NCBI GenBank assembly: GCA_043800255.1
Contig: JAZDNF010000013.1
Coordinates: forward strand, 1-64,000
Reading direction: 5' to 3'
Source of the DNA: Candidatus Altiarchaeota archaeon
GTDB lineage: Archaea; Altiarchaeota; Altiarchaeia; IMC4; SCGC-AAA252-I15
DNA: 64,000 nt
Each line of letters begins with the position of its first letter. Position 1 is the stretch's first letter. Under the pieces are notes generated by a model. It saw nothing but the letters and a program-made list of their open reading frames with translations. It was not told where the DNA came from and searched no databases. Of this stretch, positions 18,401 through 27,543 are shown piece after piece. Position numbers and translations under genes: made by a program.

Positions 18401-21400
18401 ATCACGTCAGGACGACTGTTGTTGACCATTATTGATGTGGAGTTGACCTGCGCGCCGATGTCCTCGTCATCATAGGGTATGATCCCACATGTCAGGTTGT
18501 CAAAGTGGTTGAAGTATGTTGAGCCAGACAGAGAATTCAAACCGCTTGCTATTACTCCAGTATCATTGTACCAGACGTAGTTCAATGTGACCAGGTCGCC
18601 GTCTGCGTCGCTTACGGTCCCGTTTTCGCAGCTTAGGTTGCCGTTTGTGTATGCTGTCGCCGGCGCAATATTTGCGCTTCCGACGACTGGGAGGGTGTTC
18701 TGTATCACTGTTGTGTTATAGTTTACTGTCGAATTGTATCCTCCTGACGTCGCATACGCCCAGCAGTATATTGTGTCGCCTTTGCCGCAGCCTGTGCTGT
18801 TGCAGTCGTATGTGCTAGCCGCAGACCGGTCCCGTAGGAGGCTACCGGTCTTGTTGAACAGATAGTAGTATGTGATGGTACTACCCTCTGAATCAACTGA
18901 GCCTGACGCCGTGCAGTTTAACAGCGAGGCCGTCTTAGGGCTGGAGGGGGTTATCACTATCGATGGAGGAACGGTTACGCCCACTATGCTCAGCCTCCTC
19001 TGACCTGTCGATGACCTCTGACCTACAGTGTCAGACACGAACGCCTCATAGGTGTAATTCCCCACAGTCAGATTAGTCTGATTACTGTAGAACGTCCAGT
19101 TCAGGGAGTCAACCTGCCTAAGGTTGCTCGTATATTGTTGCCAGATTTCAGCAGCACTTAAAGTCCTGTTGTAGATTCTAATTTCGTCCATCAAACCTTG
19201 GAAGCCGGCATTGGAAGTCCATGGGGGGCTGCTCTGCCCTAGTATTAGGTTAGTTTGGTCTGTGATGCCACAGCTAGATGACCCAGTAGCATTGTTTATG
19301 AATACTCCATTGATGTAGAACTCGATTCTGCCGCTACTATCGTGATTAGCAACAACATGATGCCATTCCGAACCAGACAGGATAGTATAGGTGCTCCAAT
19401 AGGTGATTCCATTACAAAGAAGGCCAAAAGTAACATTATTGGTCGGTGCCTCGAGAAAGTTTTCGAAATATACCAAACCATAACCTATCCCATTCTCTAA
19501 AAACCCAAGATTGGCGGCCGCAATCAGGTAGTGTCCTGGACCTGATAGAACACTATAGTTAATCTTTGTCCATACAACCAGGGTGAAATTATCCTGAACC
19601 TTTAGTTCACTGTCGAGAGGTATGTTAACATAACCGTATCCGCCCCCACCGGTGAAATTAAGCCCAGACCCGTACCTGCCTGGACTCAACACAGGTCGAG
19701 TCCCAGCACTGAGATTCAATAGAGTCCCGTTATTCCCATATTTGGAAGCATCAACAGCGTATGCCGCATTCTCCCCTATCGCAGAATTGTTATCTAAGTT
19801 CAAATGCAAAACCAGACTGTCATCATAGAAGCTCGTGTTGGAGCCGTTCCAGTTCCAGATTATATCTGACAAGGGGTAGCCAACCTGCTGGATTGAGACA
19901 TTCACCTGCACAGACGTGTTAGTAGTCAGAGTATTATTAGCAGGAGTTGGTGAAACAAAAACAGCTTGCGGCGAATTCGACACAACCAACGCTCTCTGCC
20001 CAGTCGAACTCGACTGACCTGCAGTGTCAGACACGAACGCCTGATAAGTATGGTTACCAGTAACAAGATTAGTCTGATTACTGTAGAACGTCCAATATGT
20101 GCTATTGTATTTCTTGAGATTGCTCAGATAATGCTGACGAATCTCAGAAGCACTCAGACTGCGATTATAGATTCTGACTTCATCTATCGAGCCGTTGAAA
20201 AACCTGTCCCCGTCGCTGCCAATTCCTGCGTTTGCTCCTACCCCCACAGGGGCAGTCGACGGCGAATAGACTAACGTTTTTGGTAATGAACTCTGTCGTA
20301 CTCCATCAACCCATATTGAGATTTCAGTCTGATTCAAGTTTCCAACAATATGATGCCACCTGTTCAAACTAACAACCCCGACCGGAGTTGCCCCGGATTC
20401 GTTGACTGATGTATCTCCATTACAGACGTGGATATTGCATATCGGCTGGCCGCTGTTGTACAGACAGAAAAGCTCATAACCGTAATAAGGAGTGAGGGTT
20501 GGGCCAGAATTCCATTTTGTTATTATATCCTCGGCACCAAGGAGATTCATGGATGAAGTTGGACTCGGGCCTTTCATGTATATCCACGCCTCAAGGGCGA
20601 AACCATCATCTCCCAACCTCAGAATCTCGCTGTCGGGAATTTGAAGATAGTCGATATATCCATCAAGGTCTACGCCGTATCCGAATTTTCCGCTTGAGTT
20701 CCAGAAAGTCTGACCCCTGAAAGAACCGTTATTCCCGTGCCTGCTGCTGTCCACAACATAAGTTGAATTCTCCCCTATCGCGGGATTGTTGTCTAAATTC
20801 AAATGCAAAACCAGACTGTCATCATAGAAGCTGTAATTACTGCCGTTCCAATGCCAAGTCAGGTTAGCAAGTTGAGAGCTGCTAAAGAGTATGGATGCGT
20901 TGATTTTGACTGACGCGTTGGTTGTTGCCGTGCTATCAGCCGGCGTTGGAGGCATGAATACGATATTAGAGATGTTGAGAATCTGCAACCCTGTTGTGCT
21001 AGCGGCGGCCGCAGTGTCTGCAACGTATGCCTGGTAGGCGTAGCCGCCAACACTCAAGTTAGTCTGGTTGGTGTAGAACTCCCAATATGTGCTATTGTAC
21101 TTTTTCAGATTGCCCAGATAATGCTGGCGGATTTCGGCTGCCGATAGTGAACGGTTGTATATCCTAATCTCGTCTAGCATGCCTTCGTAACCGGCCATTA
21201 GGTTAAGTCGCACGCCAAAATAGGTGTTATTGTCTCTTTCGACCAACTGGGTTACATTAACTCGGCTATTGTTAAAATGGCCGTTCATGTATGTGAGCAT
21301 TTCTGAACCGTCCCATGTGAATGCGATATGGTTCCACACCCCGCAGCTGAAAGGCACGGTATTGTCTAGGGTGACGTATGTATCATTCGCAATTTGATGG

Positions 21401-22011
21401 TATGCTCTTATCCACGTGATGTTTGAGGCATTCATCAGAGAGACGTAAGACTCTCCCTCCCTCGCAGTGTTAACAAGCGTGTCTGTTCCGGTAATCTGGC
21501 CGCAGTTGAACCATGCCATTATAGTATAGCCTGATGTGAGGGAACTCACACCCAACGAGGTTCTGGATATATAGTCTCCAAGACCGTCAAAGCCGATTGC
21601 ACCCCCGTACTTTCCGGATAACGTCCAAACAGAATTTGTTATGGTAAAATTGTTCTCATATCGACTGGAGTCAACTGCAAGCGAGGTTCCATCCCCAACC
21701 TGCGAGTTGTTGTCCAGGTTTAAGTGCAACAACAGAGTGTCATCGTAGAAGCTGATGTTGGAGCCGTTCCAGTTCCAAGTCATGTTAGCAAGAGGGTAAT
21801 TCTCGAGTTCGATGGATGCGTTGAATACTACAGTAGTGTTGGGAGTTACCGTATTGTTCGGGGGTGTTGGGGATACGAAAGATACGTGGAGTGAGCCTGC
21901 CTGCTGGATTGTTTTGCTGCTGATGGTTTGAGAAAGAATCAGGACAGAGAAGAGGATTGCTGATGGCAGTAGGAGTGAGAAACTTCGATCAGCTAGATTA
22001 CGTTTTGACAT
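15481..22011 (-). CDS. Giant surface glycoprotein/adhesin: 3 LamG (ConA-like) modules, Ig/cadherin-like repeats, Thr-rich linker, Cys-rich repeats, C-terminal TM anchor
   Basis: Signal peptide; three WxHI...G.(L/I/M)DE(I/V)RIYNR(S/T)LSA LamG motifs; DxDGD repeats; many N-x-S/T sequons; C-terminal hydrophobic helix then basic tail. Confidence 0.88.
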   Translation of the reverse strand: MSKRNLADRSFSLLLPSAILFSVLILSQTISSKTIQQAGSLHVSFVSPTPPNNTVTPNTTVVFNASIELENYPLANMTWNWNGSNISFYDDTLLLHLNLDNNSQVGDGTSLAVDSSRYENNFTITNSVWTLSGKYGGAIGFDGLGDYISRTSLGVSSLTSGYTIMAWFNCGQITGTDTLVNTAREGESYVSLMNASNITWIRAYHQIANDTYVTLDNTVPFSCGVWNHIAFTWDGSEMLTYMNGHFNNSRVNVTQLVERDNNTYFGVRLNLMAGYEGMLDEIRIYNRSLSAAEIRQHYLGNLKKYNSTYWEFYTNQTNLSVGGYAYQAYVADTAAAASTTGLQILNISNIVFMPPTPADSTATTNASVKINASILFSSSQLANLTWHWNGSNYSFYDDSLVLHLNLDNNPAIGENSTYVVDSSRHGNNGSFRGQTFWNSSGKFGYGVDLDGYIDYLQIPDSEILRLGDDGFALEAWIYMKGPSPTSSMNLLGAEDIITKWNSGPTLTPYYGYELFCLYNSGQPICNIHVCNGDTSVNESGATPVGVVSLNRWHHIVGNLNQTEISIWVDGVRQSSLPKTLVYSPSTAPVGVGANAGIGSDGDRFFNGSIDEVRIYNRSLSASEIRQHYLSNLKKYNSTYWTFYSNQTNLVTGNHTYQAFVSDTAGQSSSTGQRALVVSNSPQAVFVSPTPANNTLTTNTSVQVNVSIQQVGYPLSDIIWNWNGSNTSFYDDSLVLHLNLDNNSAIGENAAYAVDASKYGNNGTLLNLSAGTRPVLSPGRYGSGLNFTGGGGYGYVNIPLDSELKVQDNFTLVVWTKINYSVLSGPGHYLIAAANLGFLENGIGYGLVYFENFLEAPTNNVTFGLLCNGITYWSTYTILSGSEWHHVVANHDSSGRIEFYINGVFINNATGSSSCGITDQTNLILGQSSPPWTSNAGFQGLMDEIRIYNRTLSAAEIWQQYTSNLRQVDSLNWTFYSNQTNLTVGNYTYEAFVSDTVGQRSSTGQRRLSIVGVTVPPSIVITPSSPKTASLLNCTASGSVDSEGSTITYYYLFNKTGSLLRDRSAASTYDCNSTGCGKGDTIYCWAYATSGGYNSTVNYNTTVIQNTLPVVGSANIAPATAYTNGNLSCENGTVSDADGDLVTLNYVWYNDTGVIASGLNSLSGSTYFNHFDNLTCGIIPYDDEDIGAQVNSTSIMVNNSRPDVILALTPTAAKVNTNLTCTATASDDDNDNVSIYYGWQINGTNIAYTPRTLNCTRSIGCGRGANVSCSAIPYDSFDNGTIRMSNNITLSNTLPTISNVSINPTPAYDYNSLSCDNGTISDADADTISLYHSWYKNGTLQTGLTTKTIGSGNLTNFDIWVCMITASDGTSNTSRNSSEVQIGAANTAPTLTEATSDSLHPGVKNVTQNVTFTANWTDTEGDTVIMYVCNSTAITIAGCAELEYCSSNYSTTNPKTCRYIIQETDNSTTTAYLKVCDSIICSNTREAVFEANHVPNLTSPPIITPTTAYITAELACGNGTFYDLDGDTNGTPIYRWYVNGSQISNTNSRLQAGMCGKADTIVCEQTPVDEHGLPGNAQNSTSLTILNSPPVLDYTIDRNVTVLVPFSLDVNATDADNDTLTYSTNATFFIINPATGLINFTLTSNSSNGLHQVNVTVSDGVETDSQVFRMSVRWISDNTAPGVTNIIANDAYVGDTVDVYADVTDDVAVSNVMANITFPISNDSQTINLTLAYGNSYWGTFYNTTSFGDYNITIIAYDYHENVNDSEVESFFISFRGGGPTTLPTTVATTVETTVETTILPRETTVESTTTVQPTTSTSTVSTSTVTTTTTLLLSDTCYHICLGLYNTSESRCYSKRSCSIEDPAGTWVHQLEGDWDCEEANPDNPYCCCPEEIISTTSTTTTIPSSCYEVCRADYNSIDSRCYSRRDCAIPDSDWQWRHSAKADWDCKEANPENPYCCCPVSGNYTRVQSDESTVGCSNGVKDVGETEADCGGPCGPCQAILEVRVNLPEYVYPNETFTVSAEIRAKADADNLIITLNSPGIFQPISKPSIELNPLKLDERKNLVWDMTSSHDPLEGTYVLSVDANYTNSTQILSESFRIKVVYPLIISLPGVGELKLKPPEILQEQAFRMINNMVRYLYRGTMLWLSLLIILFGLGYLYYRGRRGGGRGYSLRNT
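16132..16503 (-). repeat. Two copies (210-nt period) of an 8-Cys domain
   Basis: CYxxCxxxYNxxxSRCYSxRxC...DWDCxEANPxNPYCCCP occurs twice. Confidence 0.85.
18985..21890 (-). repeat. Three ~1-kb tandem LamG modules with conserved DNA blocks at their borders
   Basis: Exact matches 19799-19833 = 20798-20832 (35 bp), 19070-19098 = 20066-20094 (29 bp), 19026-19046 = 20022-20042 (21 bp), 19836-19857 = 21756-21777 (22 bp), 20092-20109 = 21082-21099 (18 bp). Confidence 0.85.
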
Positions 22012-22074
22012 CTTTTACAAGCTATGCACTTGCAATAATGTTAATCATTAAAAGGGATTTTATAAAAGAAGAAG

Positions 22075-24276
22075 TTACTTGTGTGTATATCTGCTGGATG
22101 TGACTTTTCTTATCTCATCGGCTTTCTTTTTGCCGATGCCTTCGACTTTTGTAAGGTCGTCCTCTGATGCGTTGAATACTGCGTTTACTGAGCCGAAATG
22201 TGCTAGGAGGCGTCTTGCCAGTACGCCGGAAACGTTCGGAAGGGATTCGATGACGAAAATCTGACGCTCCTCCAGCAGCCAGGGCTTCCTCTCACCCCTC
22301 AAGGAGACAATGCGGTTCTCGTCTATCTGCTCCCGTTTGGCGATAGTGTACAGGATTTCTGCAGTGTCCTCCTCGTCCTGGGAGGGGAGTATTGGAATGC
22401 CATAGTCGACTGCCAATGACGCTATCGCACCCCGTATCGCATTAGCGTGTATGTCCCTCCTGCTGTAGAAGTCCATGTTGCCCTCTATTATGAGAACAGG
22501 CTTCGGGAAGTTCCTCACCATCTCGGAGGCCTGATTGAAAAGCCGCCTGTCGACGATAGACTGCAGAAAATCATCGACCGTCTTCCTCTCAACCGCGACC
22601 CTGTCGCTCAGGATATAGTCTGCAATCTCAAGCTGCTTCAGCTCGACAGCGCACTTTTCCCCCAACCGCTCGGCAATGCGGGAATTCCTCTCCCTGACGT
22701 CGACAAAGACTTTGACCTCCACAGTACCCTTATCGTCTTTTGGGGTAAAATCCATGATACTCTGCTGTTTGGAATCGAAGCCGGTCTCCCCTGCCAAGCC
22801 TTTCACGAGATTTGACATCTTCTTCTCCTTGTGGTAGGCTGCCCACAGGTAACCCTCATCCCTAGTGCCCTTGGATATCAGAACCTTCACCTCCCCAGCC
22901 TCGCTCCTCCCAGTCCTGCCCCGCCGCTGTATTGACCTGATCTCCGACGGTATGGGCTCGTAGAATACAACAAGATCGACCTTCGGGATGTCCAAACCCT
23001 CCTCCGCCACAGACGTTGCGACCAGCACATCATAGAGTCCGTCCCTGAAATTCTCAAGGATTTCGACCTGCTTCTTCTGAGTCATCCCCCGCTTGTAGTC
23101 CCGGGCAGCCTGGCCGACGAACTCGTGCACGCTGAGGCCGCTGTCAGCCAATGTTTTCACTATCTTCTCCACGGAGTCCCTGTACTGGGTGAACACCAAA
23201 ACGCGTTTGCCTTTATAATTTTGGACGATCTCGAGCAGCTTCCCGAGCTTCGGATGCTCCACGCCGGAATCCTCGAGGGACTGCACATGCAGTCTCACCT
23301 TGGTGAACCTCGGATCAGACAGCAGCTTCCCAACCGCCTTAGACTTCTGCTTCGAAAGCCTCTCCAAGTAATGGTGCAATGCTGACACGCCCTGCGTCTC
23401 CAAGAGCTCCAGCGCGTGGTTGACCTTCAATGCTGAGGCAACGACGGAAGCAGCCCCATAGGAGTCGGCGCCATCAGTTATCTCCCCCCTTATTTCAGAC
23501 TGGATTTTCAGCAGGATCCTCTTGTTGATTTTCTTCAGTTCTGCGCTCTCCAGGTAGCCGAGAACCTTCAGCATCCTAACATCGTCTCTGAGTATCGACT
23601 CTAGTATCTCCTTCAGCCGCTTGAACTCCTCAGGGAGCACAACACCAACCCACTCGACCCTCGTTTCCTGGACGTAAGGCCTCACGTCAACGTCCGTCTC
23701 AGTCTTAGCCTCAATCTGCTCGATGAACAGGTTAGCGCAGATTTCATCAATCTTCTCCTTCTGGCTGCTTGGAGACGCAGTCAACGCCAGTATCAGGGAT
23801 TTGGAACGCTCACTCATGTACTTTCTTGCAATCCTCACGTATGAGTAATCGCCCGACGCCCTGTGGGCTTCGTCGAATATTATGAGGGAGTAATCCTTGA
23901 GGCTGAGGCCGCGTAGGAAGTCATTCTCTATCGTCTGCGGCGTGGCGAACACGAACTGAGCCGCCCAGTAGAGCTTCTTCCTCTGCGCTATTGGAACGGT
24001 TCCCGTGAGCAGCGCAGTGTCAGCCTCAACCAGGTTTTCGTCGAAGGTCCTCTTGTGCTGGACTGCCAACGGCTTCGTAGGGGCGAGGAACAGCACCTTA
24101 TCCTGCGGGAACTCGCTTACTCTGGCGACGGCGACCAGCAACGCCACTATGGTCTTTCCCAGCCCGGTCGGCAGGACTACTAGAGTGTTCTTCTCCAGCG
24201 CATTGGAGAATATCCTCTCCTGATACTCCCTGACCTTGATCCGGTTAGGCTTCACCAGACGATGCTCAACGTACAT
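22075..24276 (-). CDS. hef: Hef (FANCM/Mph1-like DEAH helicase + ERCC4 nuclease + HhH)
   Basis: LPTGLGKT, DEAH, QRRGRTGR, VERKTVDD nuclease motif, C-terminal VEGIGKKKA HhH. Confidence 0.93.
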   Translation of the reverse strand: MYVEHRLVKPNRIKVREYQERIFSNALEKNTLVVLPTGLGKTIVALLVAVARVSEFPQDKVLFLAPTKPLAVQHKRTFDENLVEADTALLTGTVPIAQRKKLYWAAQFVFATPQTIENDFLRGLSLKDYSLIIFDEAHRASGDYSYVRIARKYMSERSKSLILALTASPSSQKEKIDEICANLFIEQIEAKTETDVDVRPYVQETRVEWVGVVLPEEFKRLKEILESILRDDVRMLKVLGYLESAELKKINKRILLKIQSEIRGEITDGADSYGAASVVASALKVNHALELLETQGVSALHHYLERLSKQKSKAVGKLLSDPRFTKVRLHVQSLEDSGVEHPKLGKLLEIVQNYKGKRVLVFTQYRDSVEKIVKTLADSGLSVHEFVGQAARDYKRGMTQKKQVEILENFRDGLYDVLVATSVAEEGLDIPKVDLVVFYEPIPSEIRSIQRRGRTGRSEAGEVKVLISKGTRDEGYLWAAYHKEKKMSNLVKGLAGETGFDSKQQSIMDFTPKDDKGTVEVKVFVDVRERNSRIAERLGEKCAVELKQLEIADYILSDRVAVERKTVDDFLQSIVDRRLFNQASEMVRNFPKPVLIIEGNMDFYSRRDIHANAIRGAIASLAVDYGIPILPSQDEEDTAEILYTIAKREQIDENRIVSLRGERKPWLLEERQIFVIESLPNVSGVLARRLLAHFGSVNAVFNASEDDLTKVEGIGKKKADEIRKVTSSRYTHK

Positions 24277-24312
24277 GGTAAGGTAATTAATAAACTGCGA
24301 TAATATTATAGC

Positions 24313-24951
24313 ATGTCCTACTACATCAGGGGTAAGACGATAGCTGAAACCTGGAACAGGCTGCTGAATGTCATATGGTATTCTGGAGAGGACATCAAAA
24401 GCCAGAGGGGGAAGACCAAAGAAATGTTGAACCTGATGTGCGAGGTCGCGAACCCGGCAGACAGGAGCATAAAAGGCTTCCCCATGGGCGAGGAAGAGCT
24501 TAAGGCGTACGCAAAACAGCTTCTGTCAAAGGACAGGAGCGGGTTCGAATACACATACGGGGAACGGCTTAGGGCTTGGGGTTCTGACATACTGGATAAG
24601 CCTGTGGACCAGCTTGACGCCATAGCGAAGACGCTGAAAAGGAGCAGAGGCACGAGGAGGGCGACGGCCGTCACATGGATTCCGCCAATAGACTCAAAGA
24701 AGGAGGAGGTGCCGTGCCTGATTCTGGCGGACTTCAAAGTGAGGGATGGGAAGCTGAACCTCACCGCAGTGTTCAGGAGCAACGACATGTACGGCGCATG
24801 GCCTGCGAACATGTACGGTCTGAACAAGGTCAACAATTTCGTTGCAAAAAAGGTCGGAGTGAAGGCTGGCGCGATAACGACACTTTCCATTTCAGCCCAC
24901 GTCTACGAGCACGACTACGGCAACGTCAAGAAGGCGTTGAGGATTCAGTAG
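24313..24951 (+). CDS. thyA: Archaeal-type thymidylate synthase
   Basis: YTYGERL, TRRA, VPCL (catalytic Cys), FRSNDMYGAWPAN, SAHVY. Confidence 0.88.
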   Translation: MSYYIRGKTIAETWNRLLNVIWYSGEDIKSQRGKTKEMLNLMCEVANPADRSIKGFPMGEEELKAYAKQLLSKDRSGFEYTYGERLRAWGSDILDKPVDQLDAIAKTLKRSRGTRRATAVTWIPPIDSKKEEVPCLILADFKVRDGKLNLTAVFRSNDMYGAWPANMYGLNKVNNFVAKKVGVKAGAITTLSISAHVYEHDYGNVKKALRIQ

Positions 24952-25739
24952 CTTCCCAAGTCCTTGAGGAGAGTGGTGTGATGTTCCACTTCTTTGAGGA
25001 TTCCATCGACCTCATTCCAGGACATGCCCCGGTTCTCGAAGTCCATGAAGAACAGGTACTCTCCCAGCTTCCTCCTGGAAGGCCTAGACTCTATCTTCGT
25101 CAGATTAATGTTTTTGTCTGCGAAAATCTTGAGGATGCCGTACAGGGCTCCGGGCCTGTCCTTCACGGCGAATATGATTGAGGTCTTATCGCCCTTCGAT
25201 TTTTTCTTCGATATCGCGATAAACCTGGTCTGGCTCGGCTCGTCCTGCACGTTCTCCCGTATCACCTTCAGGCCGTACCTGACGGCAGCATACTTGGGGC
25301 CGATTGCAGACGCACGGACCTCATCTGCGATATCTCTCACAGCAGCTGCAGTAGACGCAGAGGATACACGGACGGCCTTAGGATAGTTTTCTTTGATGAA
25401 ATTAGCTGATTGATCTAATGCATGAGGATGAGACATTATTTTATCGATTTCATCAGAGTCACTGTTTGAAATTAAACACAAATTTATGTCAAGAACAATT
25501 TCAGCCACAATATAAACATCGTATGATAGGAGACACGCCATAGTCTTTGCCACGCTACCCTCAAGAGAATTCTCAATTGCGACAACACCATACTCTGTTT
25601 TCCCGTCGCTTACACTGTCGAAGACCTCTGCTTCATTACTGCAGTAGACTATTTCTGCGCTAGGGTAAATTTCCCTCGCCGCTGACTCCGTGAACGTCCC
25701 CTCGGGGCCCAGCACTGCGACCCTAGCATTGCCTTTCAT
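24945..25739 (-). CDS. pheA: Prephenate dehydratase
   Basis: LGPEGTF, ENSLEGSV, SHPHAL, TRF, ACT domain NLTKIESRP. Confidence 0.95.
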   Translation of the reverse strand: MKGNARVAVLGPEGTFTESAAREIYPSAEIVYCSNEAEVFDSVSDGKTEYGVVAIENSLEGSVAKTMACLLSYDVYIVAEIVLDINLCLISNSDSDEIDKIMSHPHALDQSANFIKENYPKAVRVSSASTAAAVRDIADEVRASAIGPKYAAVRYGLKVIRENVQDEPSQTRFIAISKKKSKGDKTSIIFAVKDRPGALYGILKIFADKNINLTKIESRPSRRKLGEYLFFMDFENRGMSWNEVDGILKEVEHHTTLLKDLGSY

Positions 25740-25992
25740 TGTCCTTACAGTATTCGATTATATTCTTGAAAAGCCCTCTCACGAACTTCTCGTCCAGGTC
25801 GGACTTCAAGACCATGTTCCGTAGTATCCTCTCCTCGCGTTCAACGTCCTCGGTTGGGAGGCCTGCCGCCCTCTTCACGTCGCCTATCCGCTTCACGATC
25901 TTAAGCCGCTCCTCGACCAGCTTCAGCAGCTCTGCATCGAGTTCGTCGATCTCCCTCCTAAGCTCGTCTATCTCATCATCATAGCTTCCCAT
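25723..25992 (-). CDS. Chorismate mutase (AroQ type II)
   Basis: LRREIDELD..LL.L..ER...IGDVK...D.ERE; adjacent to pheA. Confidence 0.9.
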   Translation of the reverse strand: MGSYDDEIDELRREIDELDAELLKLVEERLKIVKRIGDVKRAAGLPTEDVEREERILRNMVLKSDLDEKFVRGLFKNIIEYCKDNERQC

Positions 25993-27508
25993 CGTTCCAC
26001 GCTCCTACAATGTCGATGTCCTCGCCCCGGACTTCAGTCTCCCTGGGACGGATTTTTACCGGGACAGGCAGGTTCACGGCGGCGCCAACAACTATGGCCT
26101 CCCCCCTCGCTAGCGAGGGCAGATCTCTCACTATGTCCTCCGTGACGGTTTCAACCGACTGCCTGATGTACTCCTGGTCTGAAGGGTTCATGATCTTCAT
26201 TATTATCTGAGTATTACACTGCGATAGTATATCAGCGTCCAGTTTGTTGGGCCGCTGGCTCACAACGCACAATCCGACGCCGAATTTCCTGCCCTCCCTC
26301 GCTATCTTCCTCAGAATCGGCTTAGAGAGTATGTTATCGCCCTCAACTACTCTGGGAGCGAAATTATGCGCCTCTTCCACGATTATGAGAACGGGCGTGT
26401 CAAGTCTGACGCCGTTGGCGTCGCCCTTCACGAACCTCTTCCTTGCCGAGAATATGCCCCTCGACACCGTCGATACTATGGTCTCGCTCACTTTTTCATC
26501 AGCCTCAGAGAGGTTTATGACGGTCAGCTGGTTCCTGCAGACTATGTCGTTCAGTGAGGTGCCGCTCATCTGGAAGACTCTCATCCTCTCAAGGCGGCTG
26601 ATCCGCCTTATCAACGCGCCCACCGTGGAAAGGCTGACCTTCTGGGTTATGCCCTTCAGCACATCGGATGGGAATATGTCGGTGTCGACCTTCTTCCCGT
26701 CCTTCTTTATGTCATAGATGATGCCAAGCAGGTTGAGCACGATGCTAAGATCGTACTCGTCGTAGAACTTATAAGCGAGGGTCAGAACCTCGTCGAGCAG
26801 ATCCCTCTGCGTTGAAGTCAGGTCTGGAATCAGGTTTGAGAAATCGGCTGTGGTGAGCGTGCTTGCCGCGACCGTTATCCTGTCCTTGCCTTCTATGCCG
26901 TAGACTCTCACCTTCGAGTCCTTGAATCTGACGTCCTTGAACTCTCCGTGGGGGTCGAAGAGCACGACAGACCCGCGTTTTTTCATTATCTCCTCCACCA
27001 GGACGCCGACGGTGTAGCTTTTGCCTGCCCCAGTCATCGCCAGCACGGCGCAATGCCGTGATATGAGCTCGTTGATTGAGACGTAAACCGAGACGTTGTC
27101 CCTTGTGGAAAGCGTCCCAATGTGGGCTGACTTCGCGGCATCCTGCCGGAGCAGCCTCTTGAGCATCTCATCGTCCGCAAGGTAGACTCCGACTCCGGGC
27201 TGGATCCCGTGCCTGGGAATCTCAAGGCTGCCGTTGTTCTCAAAGCCGAGAACCTTCACCACCGAAACAGGGTACTCGCCCTCGTTGAGGACGATATGGT
27301 CCATCCGCATGTCCCTGCCGAACTCGTCCGGCAGCAGCTCGTTCGAGATTGTAATCTCCTTCACTATGCCGAGCACGTCCTTGCCTGTCACAGACTCCTT
27401 GACGCAGACGAACTCATCACGCTTGACGTGCTCCTCCATGCTCTCCTTTATCACGAACCTAAAGCCCCGGAGGGATGTTGTGCCTATGACCTGCCCGACT
27501 GGCTCCAT
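25979..27508 (-). CDS. HerA-like ATPase (HAS barrel + DUF87)
   Basis: VGQVIG N-terminal barrel, RHCAVLAMTGAGKS, FDPHGE, EEAHNF, AREGRKFG, SQRP, SQCNT. Confidence 0.9.
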   Translation of the reverse strand: MEPVGQVIGTTSLRGFRFVIKESMEEHVKRDEFVCVKESVTGKDVLGIVKEITISNELLPDEFGRDMRMDHIVLNEGEYPVSVVKVLGFENNGSLEIPRHGIQPGVGVYLADDEMLKRLLRQDAAKSAHIGTLSTRDNVSVYVSINELISRHCAVLAMTGAGKSYTVGVLVEEIMKKRGSVVLFDPHGEFKDVRFKDSKVRVYGIEGKDRITVAASTLTTADFSNLIPDLTSTQRDLLDEVLTLAYKFYDEYDLSIVLNLLGIIYDIKKDGKKVDTDIFPSDVLKGITQKVSLSTVGALIRRISRLERMRVFQMSGTSLNDIVCRNQLTVINLSEADEKVSETIVSTVSRGIFSARKRFVKGDANGVRLDTPVLIIVEEAHNFAPRVVEGDNILSKPILRKIAREGRKFGVGLCVVSQRPNKLDADILSQCNTQIIMKIMNPSDQEYIRQSVETVTEDIVRDLPSLARGEAIVVGAAVNLPVPVKIRPRETEVRGEDIDIVGAWNDGKL

Positions 27509-27543
27509 GATATAATATCCAGTTGTATGAATAAATTAATCGC

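Noticed and set aside
18985-21890. Diversity-generating retroelement explanation for the LamG repeats
   Set aside because: No reverse transcriptase in the window, all repeat copies are in-frame coding, and mismatches are not adenine-specific
25979-27508. HerA-based antiphage system
   Set aside because: No Sir2, DUF4297 or nuclease partner adjacent; composition and motifs are typical of housekeeping HerA
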